From positions 186,001-250,000 of the forward strand of contig MU054001.1 of NCBI GenBank assembly GCA_013239625.1: a stretch of DNA of 64,000 nt, read 5' to 3'. Source of the stretch: Lama guanicoe (lineage: Eukaryota). The first letter of the stretch is position 1. Each line of letters begins with the position of its first letter. Of this stretch, positions 37,139 through 49,984 are shown in pieces. Under the pieces are notes generated by a model that was given only the letters and a program-made list of their open reading frames with translations, was not told the origin of the DNA and did not search any database. The position numbers and the translations under genes were made by a program.

Positions 37139-39026
37139 CGTGGCTTAATTTAAATGGGCTAATTTATCTGCTGCCCATTGATCTTACCTTTTCACACATT
37201 CCTCTTGCCGTTTGGTCCCCAGATATGGTGAGTAGTTACTAGGTGTCAGCTTCCGGGTCAGGTAACAGGCAGAGACAGTGGGATCTATTCTCTTAAGAAA
37301 CTCACAGGTGCACAGGGAGAAAGCCCCAAGGGAAGAGCTGTTACGTCCATGCCCAAGATGCTCGGAGGGACCCCACCAAGCACCTGCATGAAGTAACTAT
37401 GGATTTTTGTCTAAAGGCCTTGGAACTTTGAATCCTTACTCCTCCAAAGTCTTCGAATTGCTGCCCCAACCTTCACCAGCTCTGCAGCTCTTTGAGGGGG
37501 AAAAGAGGCAAGTTGTATTCTCCTGACTTGTAAGCTGAGGTAGCAGAAGCACTAAGGGAGTAAGATATTCAACCAAACACTATCAGCGCTGGGGTGGGGA
37601 TTTCGTGGTCAGAGTTTCAAGAGTCAGAGGAGATCAACGCTCTCATTTATAGGCAAAGAAACCAGTTCGGTGCAGACCAATGACTTTCTCAAGGCCACCT
37701 GGTGAATCGGTGTCAAAATCAAGACGAGAATCTAATTCTCTGGGTCTGCCAGCTTCCGGGATGTGTCTACACAGGCTTTTTTTTTTTTTTTAAACCCTAA
37801 GTTTCTGTTGACTGGTTTTGCTTCAAATCAAAATCAATTAGATACAAGAGTCAGAAACACGAGGCAGACAACTACCTTCCCAAGACCCCCTCAAGACCCT
37901 CCCAGCCCTGACGTGTGTGGATGGAACAGACCTGATTCTGGCCCGTGTGCCGAGCACACCTCCTAACAGTCCGGCAGGCTGGTCGCACGTAGTCGGTGTT
38001 GTCAGTGTTTGTGCAAGCATCTCTTAACGCCAGAAGCCGAGGAGGCAGGTGGGTAATTTTGCAGTAGGGCGGGGAAGGCAAGCCTACCAGATATCTGTTA
38101 CTCGAGAGAGATGAAAGAGCAATCAGCAGGCCCTTTTCAAAGCTGAAAAACAGCCTGCGTCACGTGGATGGCCAGCCGGCCGGGCGACAGGAATTTCTTC
38201 CACTGCGGTTGACCGGACCAGGAAAACTTCTCTGGGCTACTTGTGTTAATAGGTTGTTAATGATTGATGCAGGGGCTTTTTATGTCACCAAATGAAAGGC
38301 AGAAACAGGGGCCCGACTTTGGAGTTGATGACTAGACTGGCACTTGTTCCGTGCAAAGGCGGAATTCTAAAACATTTATGTTGGCTGAGCTTGAGCCGGG
38401 CTACACAACAGCTCGTTGGGGGAATGAAACGATCTTGTCTGGGGTTCGCCTTCCTTTGTTCTTTCACTCAGACATTAAAAATACAGCAGGCTAAAAGGAG
38501 AAAATAAATTTCAAAGATCCTGCTGGATGTCAGGCGCAAAGGAGAAGGCAAGATGTGGGGTGAGTTTGCTAAACAGATAAAGTAAGCGGGTAGGAGATGT
38601 GTTCTTTGGAGACAGAGACTGAACTCTGTCCTGGCTCCTGAGAGCCTCCTGGGGGTACTCTTGTACACGAGCCTGGTGCACTTGCTGTCCTGTTTCCCAA
38701 TTAGGGTTTTTTTAACAGAACATTCTAGAGTGCTCTAGTGAAGTAGCTATTTTCTGTGCTCTTGGCTCTGAAAGCGGTATGGCTTAGAGTCTCAAAAACA
38801 ATAAGCTTATTTATTGATATATAAGATAAACTCAGAAAAGCACTTTCTGTAAATCACAGATGTGCAGCCTTCTATATATACGTGTTCACCAACTGAATAC
38901 ACCCATGGAACCCCCACTTGCATCAATGAACAGAACATTAGTTTGGACACATTGTACCCAAAGGACCACAATTATTTCTTCTCATTGCAGGTCAGATTCT
39001 CACATACTTTGATCGTGGCTAGTAAC

Positions 39027-39119
39027 TAGGATGATCGTACAATTTGTCTTCCCAACTGGGAAACCTTTAGGAGTGAAAATTGTAATTGCCCCAGGAAGCT
39101 AGGTTGTATGTTCCTCGTA
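39027..39119. mobile_element. MER94-like hAT-Blackjack element
   Basis: taggatgatcgtacaatttgtcttcccaactgggaaacctttaggagtgaaa...gttgtatgttcctcgta. Confidence 0.5.
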
Positions 39120-39575
39120 CCAAAACCAACAGTACACACTTACCTAGCGCTGTGCCTTCTCTCCCTGCTCTGTGATCCAGGAAGTGGACTCTTGCTCACT
39201 CCATCTCTGGGTTTTATTGCCCTTTGGCTTCAGCCAGTGGGAAGCCCAGCAGGAGGTCATAGGACAAGAGGAGAGAGAAGTAGGGGTATTTCTTCCCTGT
39301 TCCCTCCCTACACTGGTGCAGCATCTCTGGCCACATCTTCTCCCTTCCACGGCTACAGCTTCTGCCAGGGTGGCCCTCCTGCAAGCCCCAGCCCTCTCCG
39401 GCCTCTTGTAGCACAATTTCCTCTCCTTGCCTTTCAGTGCTAGGGGATGGAAGAGTTTTTCTCTGTTACAAGTCTCTGGGTGCCTCAACATCCCACCTTG
39501 GTTCCTTCATTGCAGCTTTCTCATTGGAACCCTCCCAGGTAAGTTCTGTTTCCTGCCAGGCTCCCGACTGATACA
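39120..39575 (+). mobile_element. ERVL solo LTR (LTR16-like)
   Basis: ttcagccagtgggaagcccagcaggaggtc...ggggtatttcttccc...ctgtttcctgccaggctcccgactgataca. Confidence 0.7.
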
Positions 39576-39589
39576 ACTGCCTACTTGAG

Positions 39590-39745
39590 CCACTACCTTA
39601 CATCCACAGCAGCTCACGAAGTCCTTACAACATCCCAGGAAGGAGTGACTATTGTTTTCCCCGTTTTGTACATGAGGAAATGGAGGACAGAGGTTTTAAA
39701 TCATTTACCAAGATGCACAGGTATAAAGTAGTGAAACTGAGCCTT
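39590..39745 (-). mobile_element. MIR
   Basis: ccccgttttgtacatgaggaaatggaggacagagg. Confidence 0.75.
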
Positions 39746-39977
39746 TCAAGAGTGACAGTGAGATAGGTCTTGCTCAGAACGACACTCACACTGATGACTC
39801 AGGGCCCTCTGACCACATCCCATATAATGACCAGGCAGTTCCGGCAGGTCACGGCAAACCCTGCTGTTCAGAGAAGAGACTCAGATAAGAATAAGACTCA
39901 GGCTGGCTTTCATTAGCCAGATGAAGCATCAGTTGTCTACCTTCTCCCCTTTTTGAGCCATTGTGTTAATATTGTAG

Positions 39978-40150
39978 AGCAGTCAGGTCACCAGATTTGC
40001 AGCATCCACACCACCTGGGAATTTGTTAAAAATGCAAAATCCACCCCCTCTAGCCCCGTACCCACTGTAGAATCAGATTATCTGCAGAGACGCCCAGCCA
40101 CCTGTGTTTTAAGAAGCCCCCCCCACCCAGGAGATGCTCATGAGGCCCCA
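39978..40150. mobile_element. MER5A-like
   Basis: gcagcatccacaccacctgggaatttgttaaaaatgcaaa...ctgtgttttaagaagccc. Confidence 0.75.
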
Positions 40151-40707
40151 GGGCTCCTGTGGCTTCCTGCCTGCAGCCTGGCACTGCCTGGTCATCAGTC
40201 CTCCTTGAGATTTCCCAAATTCCTTCTTTGTCTGATGGGATTAAGAATAAGTGAGAACAGGAGGTGAAAACCCCAGGTCCCCTGTCTTCCCGCGTCCCCC
40301 GTGGGCCCATCTCTATTTGCGCAACTGTTAAACTCACTGAAGCAGTTGTTTGTAACTATTTCAGGGCCTCTGACAAGTCCCATGTCTGATTAGCAGAGCA
40401 CAGAGACAGGAACCCCGGAACTGGTTGTCCTTACAGCCTGTTGCTAATAGGACTTTATTACTTGTTCACTGGATCCTTGTGGGGGCCCCAGATCTGGACG
40501 GAAGAGGCCTTGGTCCACACAGAGCCTGTGTCTGATGAGGGGTGGAGGTTATGACTGACCTTCTCCCAGCTGAGAAGTTTCCAGAGAAAGGGCGATGGGA
40601 ACATTCTTAACACTGTAGTTTAAGTAGGGTTCCATTTCTTGGTGCTTGGTGATAAGTAACAGAAACTAAATGAAAAGAGAAACAAAAGAAGTCTATTAGA
40701 AGGTCTA

Positions 40708-41164
40708 TCAGTCAGAGTTCAATTAAAGAAACTGAACCAGTAGAAGATATATATTCATATACATTTATTGCAAGGAACTGGCTGGCTAGGCAAGTCCTGA
40801 ACCTGCAGGCTGGGCGGTCAGGAAGGGCAGGGTGGAAGTCTTGGGTATGGGCTGAGTCTGTTGTCCACAGGCAGAATTTCTCTTTTAGAAAGCCTCCCCT
40901 GGAATTTGACACAACAATGTAAAATGATTATGAATCAATAAAAAATGTAAAAAAAAAAGAAATAATCAACTAGGAAATAGAACAGAAATAAAATATTGTT
41001 CTCAAAAGCAAAATTACCTCGTCTAATCCCCCTCCCTAAAGCCAACTGATTAGAGACTTTAATCACATCCACAAAACTCCTTCACAGTAGCAGTGAGATT
41101 AGTATTTGTTTAAATAATTGGAGACGATAGCCTAATCACGTGGACACATAAAACTGACCTTCAG
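40708..41164 (-). mobile_element. MLT2-family ERVL solo LTR interrupted by a short L1
   Basis: agaaactgaaccagtagaagatatat ... caactgattagagactttaatcacatc ... gacacataaaactgacc. Confidence 0.75.
40897..40958 (+). mobile_element. Very short L1 3' tip (young camelid-type) with poly(A)
   Basis: ctggaatttgacacaacaatgtaaaatgattatgaatcaataaaaaatgtaaaaaaaaaa; similar to the L1 end at 41530-41583. Confidence 0.7.
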
Positions 41165-41358
41165 AAGAAGGGCGTGGACTAATTCCAAGAATGAGGAAAA
41201 GCCACACTAAAAGAATCAAGGGCTCTTCTAAAGTCCAAGTAGCAGGAATGCATGGAATGCTTCTTCTGGGAACCATATTTAGGGAGAAGAGTTTTAAACA
41301 ATTTTGACCTCCTGTGATTTCTCTCCAAGTTGCAGCTCTTGGATTAATGTGATACCTT

Positions 41359-41583
41359 TGCAGATACTAACTACTGTATATAAAATAGAGGTCCAACTGT
41401 AGAGCACAGGGGACTATATACAGTATCTTACAATAGCCTACAATGAAAAAGAATATGAAAATGAGTGTGTGTGTGTATATATATATGTATATACACATAT
41501 ACACACATACAACTGACTCACTATACTGTATACCAGAAACTAACACAACGTTGTAAATTGACTCTACTTCAGTTAAGAAGAAA
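41359..41583 (+). mobile_element. L1 3' end with perfect 13-bp TSD
   Basis: actactgtatataaaatag...ccagaaactaacacaacgttgtaaattgactctacttcagtt; TSD aatgtgatacctt at 41346-41358 and 41584-41596. Confidence 0.9.
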
Positions 41584-42250
41584 AATGTGATACCTTCAAT
41601 CCAGTTCCCCAAATCACAGGGCTCTTCTTCCCTCCCTCATTCCATACATACATGAGCTCCTTCTCACAGTGAAAACACTGGGTCCCAACAATATTGATAC
41701 ATTTACTCACCTGCCCTATTCTACAATACACGCAAAATTGTTTCAGATTTACCGCATTGATACTCCTGTGGACAAAAGGTGCTTTAAGTAAAATTCAAGA
41801 TTTCTTTACCCTTTTTTATGTTCTTAGACTATATCCCATCATACGTGAACCATCAGACTATTATGTTAAAATGTTGCTGGAATTACTTTTTGTGTGGGTG
41901 TGTTGTTATATTATCATCGTGATGTATAGTTCAGTTCATTCATTTCTCTTTGATTTCAGTGTTGGGGTTAGCTTTCTAGACCCTTTTAAATTTAATTTTG
42001 TTCCTTTAAAATATTCACCAGGCTCAAATGTCAGAACCTTATTTAAGAGGATCTATTCAGTGAAGTCTCTCTCCCATCTTCCTCTTTTTGCCCTTTTCCA
42101 GCCCATCACAATAGGAAAGCATTTAAATTCATTTCTGGTTTAACTTTGCCAAGTTTCTTTTTAGAAAAATAAGCAAATGCTGTATCTGTTCTTGTTGCCC
42201 CATATTTCTTACACAAAAGGCAGCATACTCTATACATTAAAAATTTTTTA

Positions 42251-42353
42251 GGGAGGAGGATTTAGCTCAAGATTTAGAGCACAAGCTTAGCATGCACAGG
42301 GTCCTGGGATCAATCCCCAGTACCTCCTCTAAAAATAAATAAATAAAATGAAT
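42251..42353 (+). mobile_element. tRNA-Ala-derived SINE (Vic-1-like)
   Basis: gggaggaggatttagctcaagatttagagcacaagcttagcatgcacagggtcctgggatcaatccccagtacctcc plus (aaat)n; aaaaatttttt on both flanks. Confidence 0.9.
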
Positions 42354-42360
42354 AAAAAAA

Positions 42361-42675
42361 TTTTTTTAATTGTGATAAAAAATTACATAGTAAAGACTTA
42401 ACCATCTTAACTGTCTTAAGCGTGTAATTCAGTACCATTAAATATAGTCACAGTGCTGTGCAACAGAGCTCTAGAACTTTCTCATCTTGCCAAACAGAAA
42501 CTCTATCTCCATGAAACAACAACCCTTCACTTCCCTCTCCCTCCAGCCCTTGACAATCACCATACTTACTGTGTCCGTGAATTGGACTACTTTAGACACC
42601 TCATCTGAGGGGATTCACGTGGTCCATCTCTTTTTATGACTGGTTTATTTCACTTAGCGTAATATCCTCAAGGTT
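42361..42675 (-). mobile_element. L1MB-type 3' end
   Basis: ttttaattgtgataaaaaattacatag...tgactggtttatttcacttagcgtaatatcctcaagg; same class as 16906-17233. Confidence 0.85.
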
Positions 42676-43379
42676 ATCTATACACGTGTTTGTACCTTGC
42701 TTTGTTACTTAACAATATTTGCTGGAAGCTACTCCATATCCGTTAAGAGAGCTCGCTCTCATTCTTTTTTTGTGGTTACATAGTATTCTGTGGTATGGAG
42801 ATACAATAATTTACTCAACCAGTCTTCCGTGGAGGGGCATTTAGATTGTTTTCAATATTTCACTGTAACCAAAATGTCATAGTGAATAACCTCAGACATA
42901 AGTTATTTATAACTGTACAGATGTATTTTCTGGGTAAATTTCTATAAGTGGGATGGCTGTGGGTATAAGTGGGTAGAGGGTTATATACGTTTTGTTAGAT
43001 ATTGCCAAATCCCCACCCTAGGAGTCATGCCTTCTTGTAGTACCTCCAGCAACCCATGAGAGTACCTGTTTTCCTGCAACAACTCCAGAAGAGTGTGTTG
43101 ATAAGTTTTTGTAATTTTTGCTGAAATGAGAGGGGAGAAACGGTGTCTTGGCTTAGTTCTAATGGGAATTTCTATTATTATGAGTTCAATCAAGCATCTT
43201 TTCATGTGTCTTGAGACCATTTATACACTTTCTGTTGCAAACGGCAAAATAGATTTACCCATTTGGGGCTTTTCATCTTTTTCTCAATTTTTAGAGCAGA
43301 AACCACACCCTTGACACCTGTACTTGCTATAAATAAATCATAACATACAAAGGTAGATATTTATTGTTATTTATTTTTT

Positions 43380-43810
43380 CTGCCTGGTATCAACTTCCCC
43401 CATCCTAAAAGCAACATGACCTCCCTTTTAGGGAATGTCCCATGTGTGGAGGCTGAACCGGGCCAAATCCACCTTCTCCCACTCTGGCCAGGGGCACAGT
43501 GAACACAAATTGATGTGGGCAGTCAGGCATAGCTTCCCAGACTCTGAAACTTGAGCAGGTGACGGTATAACTCAGGGAGGTCATCTGTCACAAGTTGCAG
43601 TGGTGGTGAGCTATGCTCTCAGTTCTGCCAGAAAGCTCTGCTTCGGCTTTGCAGCCGAGCTCTCCTGAGATGGCGGGGTTCTTGCTGATTCCGAGCCCAT
43701 TCTTTCAGGCTCTGGTTGATTTCTGAATCCCAACAAACTCCTCCGTCACTAAAACTTCTGTTAACTCTCTGCAGCGTCAGCTTCTGTGGCTAACACTCAA
43801 TAATCCAGAG
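43380..43810 (+). mobile_element. ERVL LTR (LTR33-like)
   Basis: ctcccttttagggaa ... ccagactctgaaacttgagcag ... gtcagcttctgtggctaacactcaataatcc. Confidence 0.45.
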
Positions 43811-43849
43811 TCATCCTTTCATTTGCCAATAACTGCTGAGCTCCTACAA

Positions 43850-44710
43850 AGGTATCGTTCCAGGCCTGAGGAATACAGCTGTTAACAAAACCGAAAAAGT
43901 CCTGCCTTCCTGGAGCTTCCCTTCTAAGTAAGGGAGACAGAGCAGGAGAGAAATAAGGAAGATAGTGGGACACCAAGAGTTGCTAAGTGCTTTGGAGCAA
44001 AATGGAGCAGAGAAAAGGGACAGGAAGTATAGAGGGGTGGGTAGCAATTTCAAACAAGGTGGTCGGTGAAGACCGCTCTGAGAAGTGGACAGTTGAGTGA
44101 AGACTTGAACGAAGCTGAGGTTATAAGCCACACTGAGAACTGGAAAGAAAAGATTCCAGGCTTAGGGCTCAGAAAATGCAATGGTGCGGAAGCTTTGTGT
44201 GTCTGGTATATTTGAGAGCATCGGTGTTCCTAGAGAATATTTGGTGAGGTCCCAGAAGGAAAGGGTCAGGTAGGGGGCTGACTGTGAAGGGTCTTGTAGA
44301 TCACTGGAAAGACTTGGAATTTTTCTCTGAGGGAGAGGGGGCCATGGGAGGGTTCTGATCAGAGAAGGCATGGTCAGATTTCTTCTTCTTTTTTTTTTCC
44401 TGCATTTTTAAAATAATTGAAGTATAGTCAGTTTACAATGTTGTGTTAATATCTGGTGTACAGCATAGTGATGCATGTATATATATATATATATATATTC
44501 CTTTTCACATTCTTTTTCATTATAGGCTATTACAAAATGTTGAATGTAGTTTTCTGTGCTCTACAGTAGGACCTTGTTGTTTATTATTTTATATATAGTA
44601 GTTAGTAATGGTCAGACTTCTTTAACAAGATTCTTCCAGGCCCCTGAGTATAGAATAGACTGTAAGAAGGAAGGGTAGTTAGACAGGGTACCAGTGAGGA
44701 GACAGAAATG
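43850..44710 (-). mobile_element. L2, split by L1 at 44385-44607
   Basis: gtcctgccttcctggagcttcccttctaag...gacttggaatttttctctgaggg...gggagggttctgatcagagaaggcatggtcaga. Confidence 0.8.
44385..44607 (-). mobile_element. L1 3' end with 15-bp TSD
   Basis: aattgaagtatagtcagtttacaatgttgtgttaatatctggtgtacagc; TSD atggtcaga(t/c)ttctt at 44370-44384 and 44608-44622. Confidence 0.9.
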
Positions 44711-45029
44711 ATGCAAAAATCTTGGAAATTAAGGCACTTTAGGCCAGGATGACAGTAAGAGGTAACTATAATAAAAAAATATTTTCAAAGTTTCTCCATG
44801 GCCCATATAACAGTATCTTTAATGCTCTGGTGGTCCATGCACTATACTTAGGGAATTGCTATATCAAGTATGAAGATTTGAATTTTGTGCCACAGACCAG
44901 CAGTCCTACTGAGGCACAGGAGGGGAGATCAGTGAGGGTGGTTGGCTTTCAGTGTCTCAGTTGTTTTCCTAGCAACAGGCAGAGTGGAAACATTATCATA
45001 ATAGTACAGATGAAGAAACAGAGACTTTG

Positions 45030-45270
45030 GGCTGGGGGTGGGGTGGGGAAGCAGACCAAAAAGAGTAAATAAATGTAAAAACAGCTAGTCATAAAAACCA
45101 TGAGAAAAGATAAAATGAGACTGAGATGGCAATTGGGGGAGAATCTAAGGAGGTCTCTATTCAAAAGAAAGAAGAGAACGGAAGGGGAAGGGAGCCTATC
45201 AGGCGGTGGGAACAGCATGTATAAAGGCCCTGAGGCAGGAATGTGTGTGCTCTGTTGGAGAAACTGAGGG
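45030..45270 (-). mobile_element. L2 fragment
   Basis: caggcggtgggaacagcatgtataaaggccctgaggcaggaatgtg. Confidence 0.7.
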
Positions 45271-45879
45271 ACAGAGCTTGGATTTTACTCTAAGAGCTCC
45301 CTCTGTTCATCTCTCATTTCACATGTATATGCATGTGCTGTGTTAGTTCCAGTTCAGCTGTTTTGTTCTTTGGGGTAGACTGTGGAGCCATTTCTTAATT
45401 GCTCTATATTTAGCTTTGTTTAAAAATCTATAATTTAAAAACCACCAAGGGCTGGGCTGGTAATTTAGCTTCCATGGTCCATTTACTCTTTGGCCTTTGC
45501 TGCCAAGCCAGCCCACCAAGGTGACAGCATGTGCCAGTCACGATGGAAGTATTTGTTAGCAGAACATCTGCTCCTCCAGAGCTGGCCTGGGTCTAGTTTG
45601 CCAAACCCCAGACCTAATCCCAGAGCCCCTTAGTTTAGTTTCCTACAAAGCAGGGCTGGATCAGGACAGCAGAACAGCTGGGGCCTTATGGAGAGGGGAG
45701 GCAGACAGCATTACACATCCAGGATCAATTCAAGTCTGGGCTGTGCTGTTTACAAACCACATGACATCCTCCCTCTGGGCCTCAGTTTCCTTACCTGTTG
45801 AATGGACTAGGTGAGATCAGGAGCCCTAGATCTAGAAGGGATTCTTACTGACTCTTAGTGGGACTGTCAGTTGGTATGT

Positions 45880-46410
45880 CTTCTTGTCGGGTCTTTGGAC
45901 AATATCACAATTTTAAAAGCACACTCTCTTCAACCCAGCAGTTCTACCTCTAAGCATCTTTCTTCCAGATGCACTCACACATGTGTACAGATAAACATGC
46001 ACAGAGATATTCAGATTAGCCCCGTTTGTGATAGCAAAGTCTCAGAAACAATCTAAATGTCCATCATTAGGGAACTGCTTATATAAATTACAGTGCATCC
46101 ACACAAAGGAATACTATGCAGCCTTGGAAAAGAAGGAGACAGCTCTCTTACTGTGGATAAAGTATAGTGCCTAAAATATACTGACACATAAAACAACAAA
46201 ATCTTAGTGAGTTGATGTTTTTTAAAAAAGGTGATATATTATGCTTGCCTGGCATATTGTATCCCTAGAACAAGAAGGGACCGGTAACAGTGGTTGTCCA
46301 AGGAGACGGCAGGACAGAATGGGAGGGAGGGTTCCCTTTTCACTATATATTCCCTTGGTACCATCTGAAGTATTTTCCACATGCATGATTAAATAAATCA
46401 ATTAAATAAA
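45880..46410 (+). mobile_element. Old L1 (L1ME-type) 3' region
   Basis: caacccagcagttctacctctaag...gaaacaatctaaatgtccatcattagggaactg...ggaatactatgcagcc. Confidence 0.8.
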
Positions 46411-46414
46411 ATTC

Positions 46415-46692
46415 AAATGTTTTAAATGTCTACAGAACCAGATAGGTAACATAAGTGACTGAAATGGGCTGGGTGTGAAACATCAGGGAGCAGTGGGGAT
46501 GTTGGAGATCTGGAGCCCTCAATTCCACCCAAAGGGACAGCTGTCACTCAGCCCCACTCAACTGTGGCTGCGGAGCCGGGGACCAGGGTAGCCAGACCTG
46601 ACTTCCAGAGAGAAACAGAAATTTACATTTTAATGCAGCGAACTTTTTTGATGCTTAAGTGTTGGCAATTGCTTAAAACTGTTACAAACATC
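46415..46692 (+). mobile_element. MER102-like hAT-Charlie
   Basis: aaatgtctacagaaccagataggtaacataagtg...ccagggtagccagacctgacttccagagagaa...gttggcaatt. Confidence 0.6.
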
Positions 46693-46939
46693 CAGTTGGT
46701 GGCTGCTGTATTAGGTAATTTTAAAATTTCCTCTCAGTTTTGATGATCTTCTGCTTGGGACACCTGCAACCACTGCATAAATGTTTGCATGCACACAATG
46801 GGGTCTTTTCAGGTTGGTACAGGTAACTCCGCAAATGGCAGCCCTGGCCAGTGGGCACAGAGATGGCACCACAGCAGTTGCCGTGGTAAGTGAAAAAACG
46901 CTCTGGGCTTTAGTAAGCATGGGCTGCTTGGCAGGAGGT

Positions 46940-47040
46940 CAGCCTCAGTTTTCTCATCTATGAAATGGGGACAGTCACCATCTTGCCTTGCCTGTGGTTG
47001 TAAGGATCATATGAATCGATATGTGAAATCCATAAGGCAT
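46940..47040 (+). mobile_element. MIR fragment
   Basis: gcctcagttttctcatctatgaaatgggga. Confidence 0.8.
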
Positions 47041-48565
47041 GGGTGTGACATTGCTCCAAGGACACAAAACCTGGGCAGCCAGCATTGGGCTCCTGGTCAC
47101 TTCCCTTCTTCCTCTCATCCTCACGGGGCCTTGGAGAGGGTCTAGTCCCATAGAGGAAGTTTGGAGAAGCCAACATCACACCCACCCAGACCTCAGTCCT
47201 CCACCAGAAAATTCACCAATCCTCAATGGATAGACACACACGCCTGTGTTCAAACTCATATCCTCCGAACATACAGGAATGGAAATACTGTTTAGTAAGA
47301 GCTGTGTCTGAGCCCAGAAGGAGGTTATTTTCCACCACTTGTGAAATGACTTGACCCAGAAACAAAAAATACTCCAATTAGAGCAGCACAGAAAACTACA
47401 GCAGAGCAAAAATTATCTTAAGTCGTCCCTGTTTTTGCCTGAATATCGATATACTTTTATTGTCTACATTTACAGAACTATGAGTAAATAAGCCCCTCCT
47501 TTAGTGCGGCTGAAGTTCTGGGCTGCACAAGAAAGGTGTGAGCATTGAGCAGGTCATAAATAATGTATTAAAAAGCAATTATTTACTTCCTTCCCTCTAA
47601 TGGCTAGTAGCTGCCTGCTTCCCCTTGAATGGATCTGTTTCCTAGACTATAGCTCTCAAAAAACAGCAATAATAATAAAGCCGGCCTTTCTGCATAAGGA
47701 AACTGGCTATGGAGGGTGCTTTGTCAGGTTCACAGGGGCTGCAGGGCTCGTGGAAGGGTGATGCCGGGCAGCACTGTGCAGGGAAGGTGATTACCTATTT
47801 GCTCAAGACTCCTTCGAAACAATCCCGAAAGAGAAGCCTCAAAGACACACTTGAAAGGTGATGGGAAGAGTGGAATGCATCAGCCAGCTTGTGAGGGACA
47901 CCATCGCCGTGTTTCCCCAATTACGGGCCTGGTGCGAGTCTGAAGAGAGAGCTCTTTGTAGAAAACACTCAAACGCAAATCAACACTGGAGCCTGGAAGC
48001 TCCTGGTGCCACCTGATCCAGATGCTTCTGTACTGCCGCAGAACCTGGAGGCGGGAAATGACACAACACTTCACATCACTAATGAATCTGCAGTTGGACA
48101 TCTCAACCTCTCATCTCCTCTGCCTGCCTGTCCTCCCTCGGGTCCAGCCAGCCTAGGGACGATCGGAGAGGTCACTGTTGTGGCGAGTGTCAGGCGCTGG
48201 GAGCTCTCAGTCTCCAATCAGCCATACCAATGAAGCGATCAAGATTTGGAAACAGAAAGAGGCAGCTTCAGGATTTGAACCCAGGACTCACTACCTCCAA
48301 CGCCCAAGTTCTTTCCACTAAGAAAGGCTTCTAATTGTTTAGGAAAAAAAAAAGTCTGTAGCCTGGCATTCAAGGTTTCAAATCCCCTGTCCCTTATATC
48401 TGCCAGCATCTCCAATCCAGCGCAGACAGCCTTCGTACTTGCCGTTTCTGAAATGCTCCTTGAACTGCGTACCAAATGCCTTTTATCTGCGATCCTCTCC
48501 CTTCCTCCACTCTTATGCTGCTCATGACTTGCCACAAGCTCTGGGAAGCCTGCCCTCTTCTCTTT

Positions 48566-49029
48566 CTTTTTCTTTTTTTTCTGTTTTCTTTTTTTTTTTC
48601 CTTTTAATTGAAGTATAGTTGATTTACAATGTTAGTTTCAGGAGTACAGCAAATCGATTCAGTTAAACATATACATACATATGTATATATTTTTCAGATT
48701 ATTTTCTATTATATGTCTTGGTATTATATTATCAAGAAATTGAATTTAGTTCTCTGTGCTAGACAGTAAGTGGGTCCTTGTTGTTTATTTTTTAAACAAC
48801 AATGTGTATCTGTTAATCCCAAATTCCTAATTTTATTCCTCCCCCACACTTTCCCCTTTGGTAACCACAGTTTTCTATGTCTGTAAGTCTGTTTTTGGTT
48901 TGTAAATAAGATTTGTATCATATTTTTTAGATTCCACATATAAGTGCTATCATATGATATTTGTCTTTCTCTGTCTGACTTACTTCACTTAACATGATAA
49001 TCTCTAGGTCCATCCATGCTGCTGCAAAT
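48566..49029 (-). mobile_element. L1 3' end with 16-bp TSD (2 mismatches)
   Basis: aattgaagtatagttgatttacaat...ttcccctttggtaaccac...ctctaggtccatccatgctgctgcaaat; TSD 48550-48565 and 49030-49045. Confidence 0.9.
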
Positions 49030-49984
49030 CTGCCCTCTCCCCTTTATTGTGGGGAGTACAGCCTCCTCCTGTGTTTGATGGTCTGCGTGTCTGAATCAGC
49101 CCTTCCCCACCCCCACACATCACAGAGCACATCCATAGCAAGCTCCCATTTTCCCTGTAGGTCTTGTTCAGCGATTACACTTGGCCTAGAAGAAATGGGT
49201 TCGTTCTGGTCCAAGCTTTACTATTTGTAAACTTTGTAATGTTTGGCAAGTGATAATTGCTTCCCAGCCTCCCTTTTCTCATTTTGATGGAGCTAACCAT
49301 CCTTGGTCCGCTAACAGAGTTCTTGGGGGTGGGGGTGGAGACAATAGGATCATGAATTAAAAACCAGGTTTTAAACTTGTAAAATAAGTTGTGTTATTAT
49401 AAATATTACATGTTTTGAATTTGCCTCCTTCACATGTCACCTTTCCAGTGTTCCCGGGGAGAGGATGTCGGAGAAAGCGTTTCCCCAGTTTTTCTAGCTG
49501 GAAAAACAGGAACCTATAAAGGCTAAGTTAACTGATTTAAAGAGGAAACAGAAATAGAAACAGAGTCCTGAGAGGGTATTTAACTTCCTAACTTCTTGCT
49601 TTTTCCTTAGATTACAGGTCTCTTTAACAGCCCTCCTGTTCTCCTTCTTGGAGAAATAATGCTTTTAATAGCTCAAATTCAGAAAGCTTTTAGTATGTAC
49701 TTGGCACCAGAAAGAGATTCAAAGCCTCAAACTGGCTCAGGGAGCCTTCGTTTCTTAGTTTTGGCCCAAAAAATGGAGGAAGAGGTTGGGGAGGAGTCAG
49801 GCTAGACCAGTGGGTGGGTACGTGGGCTGCCTGCCCTTCCGTCCTGCTGTACCACTGCCCAGCCGGGCAACCTTGGGCACCTTGGTTAATTGCCCTTTGT
49901 CTCTATCTCCTCATCTGCTAAAGAGCATCTCTGAAGTCTTAATACTTGTCCAAGTGCTCAGGGCAATGTCTCAGTCACTATGAC

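Larger units (their letters stand above)
41630..43290 (-). mobile_element. Old L1 (L1ME-type) hosting nested L1MB and SINE
   Basis: acaaaaggcagcatactctatac|acgtgtttgtaccttgc colinear across the insert; gggcatttagattgttttcaat...catcttttcatgtgtct. Confidence 0.75.
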
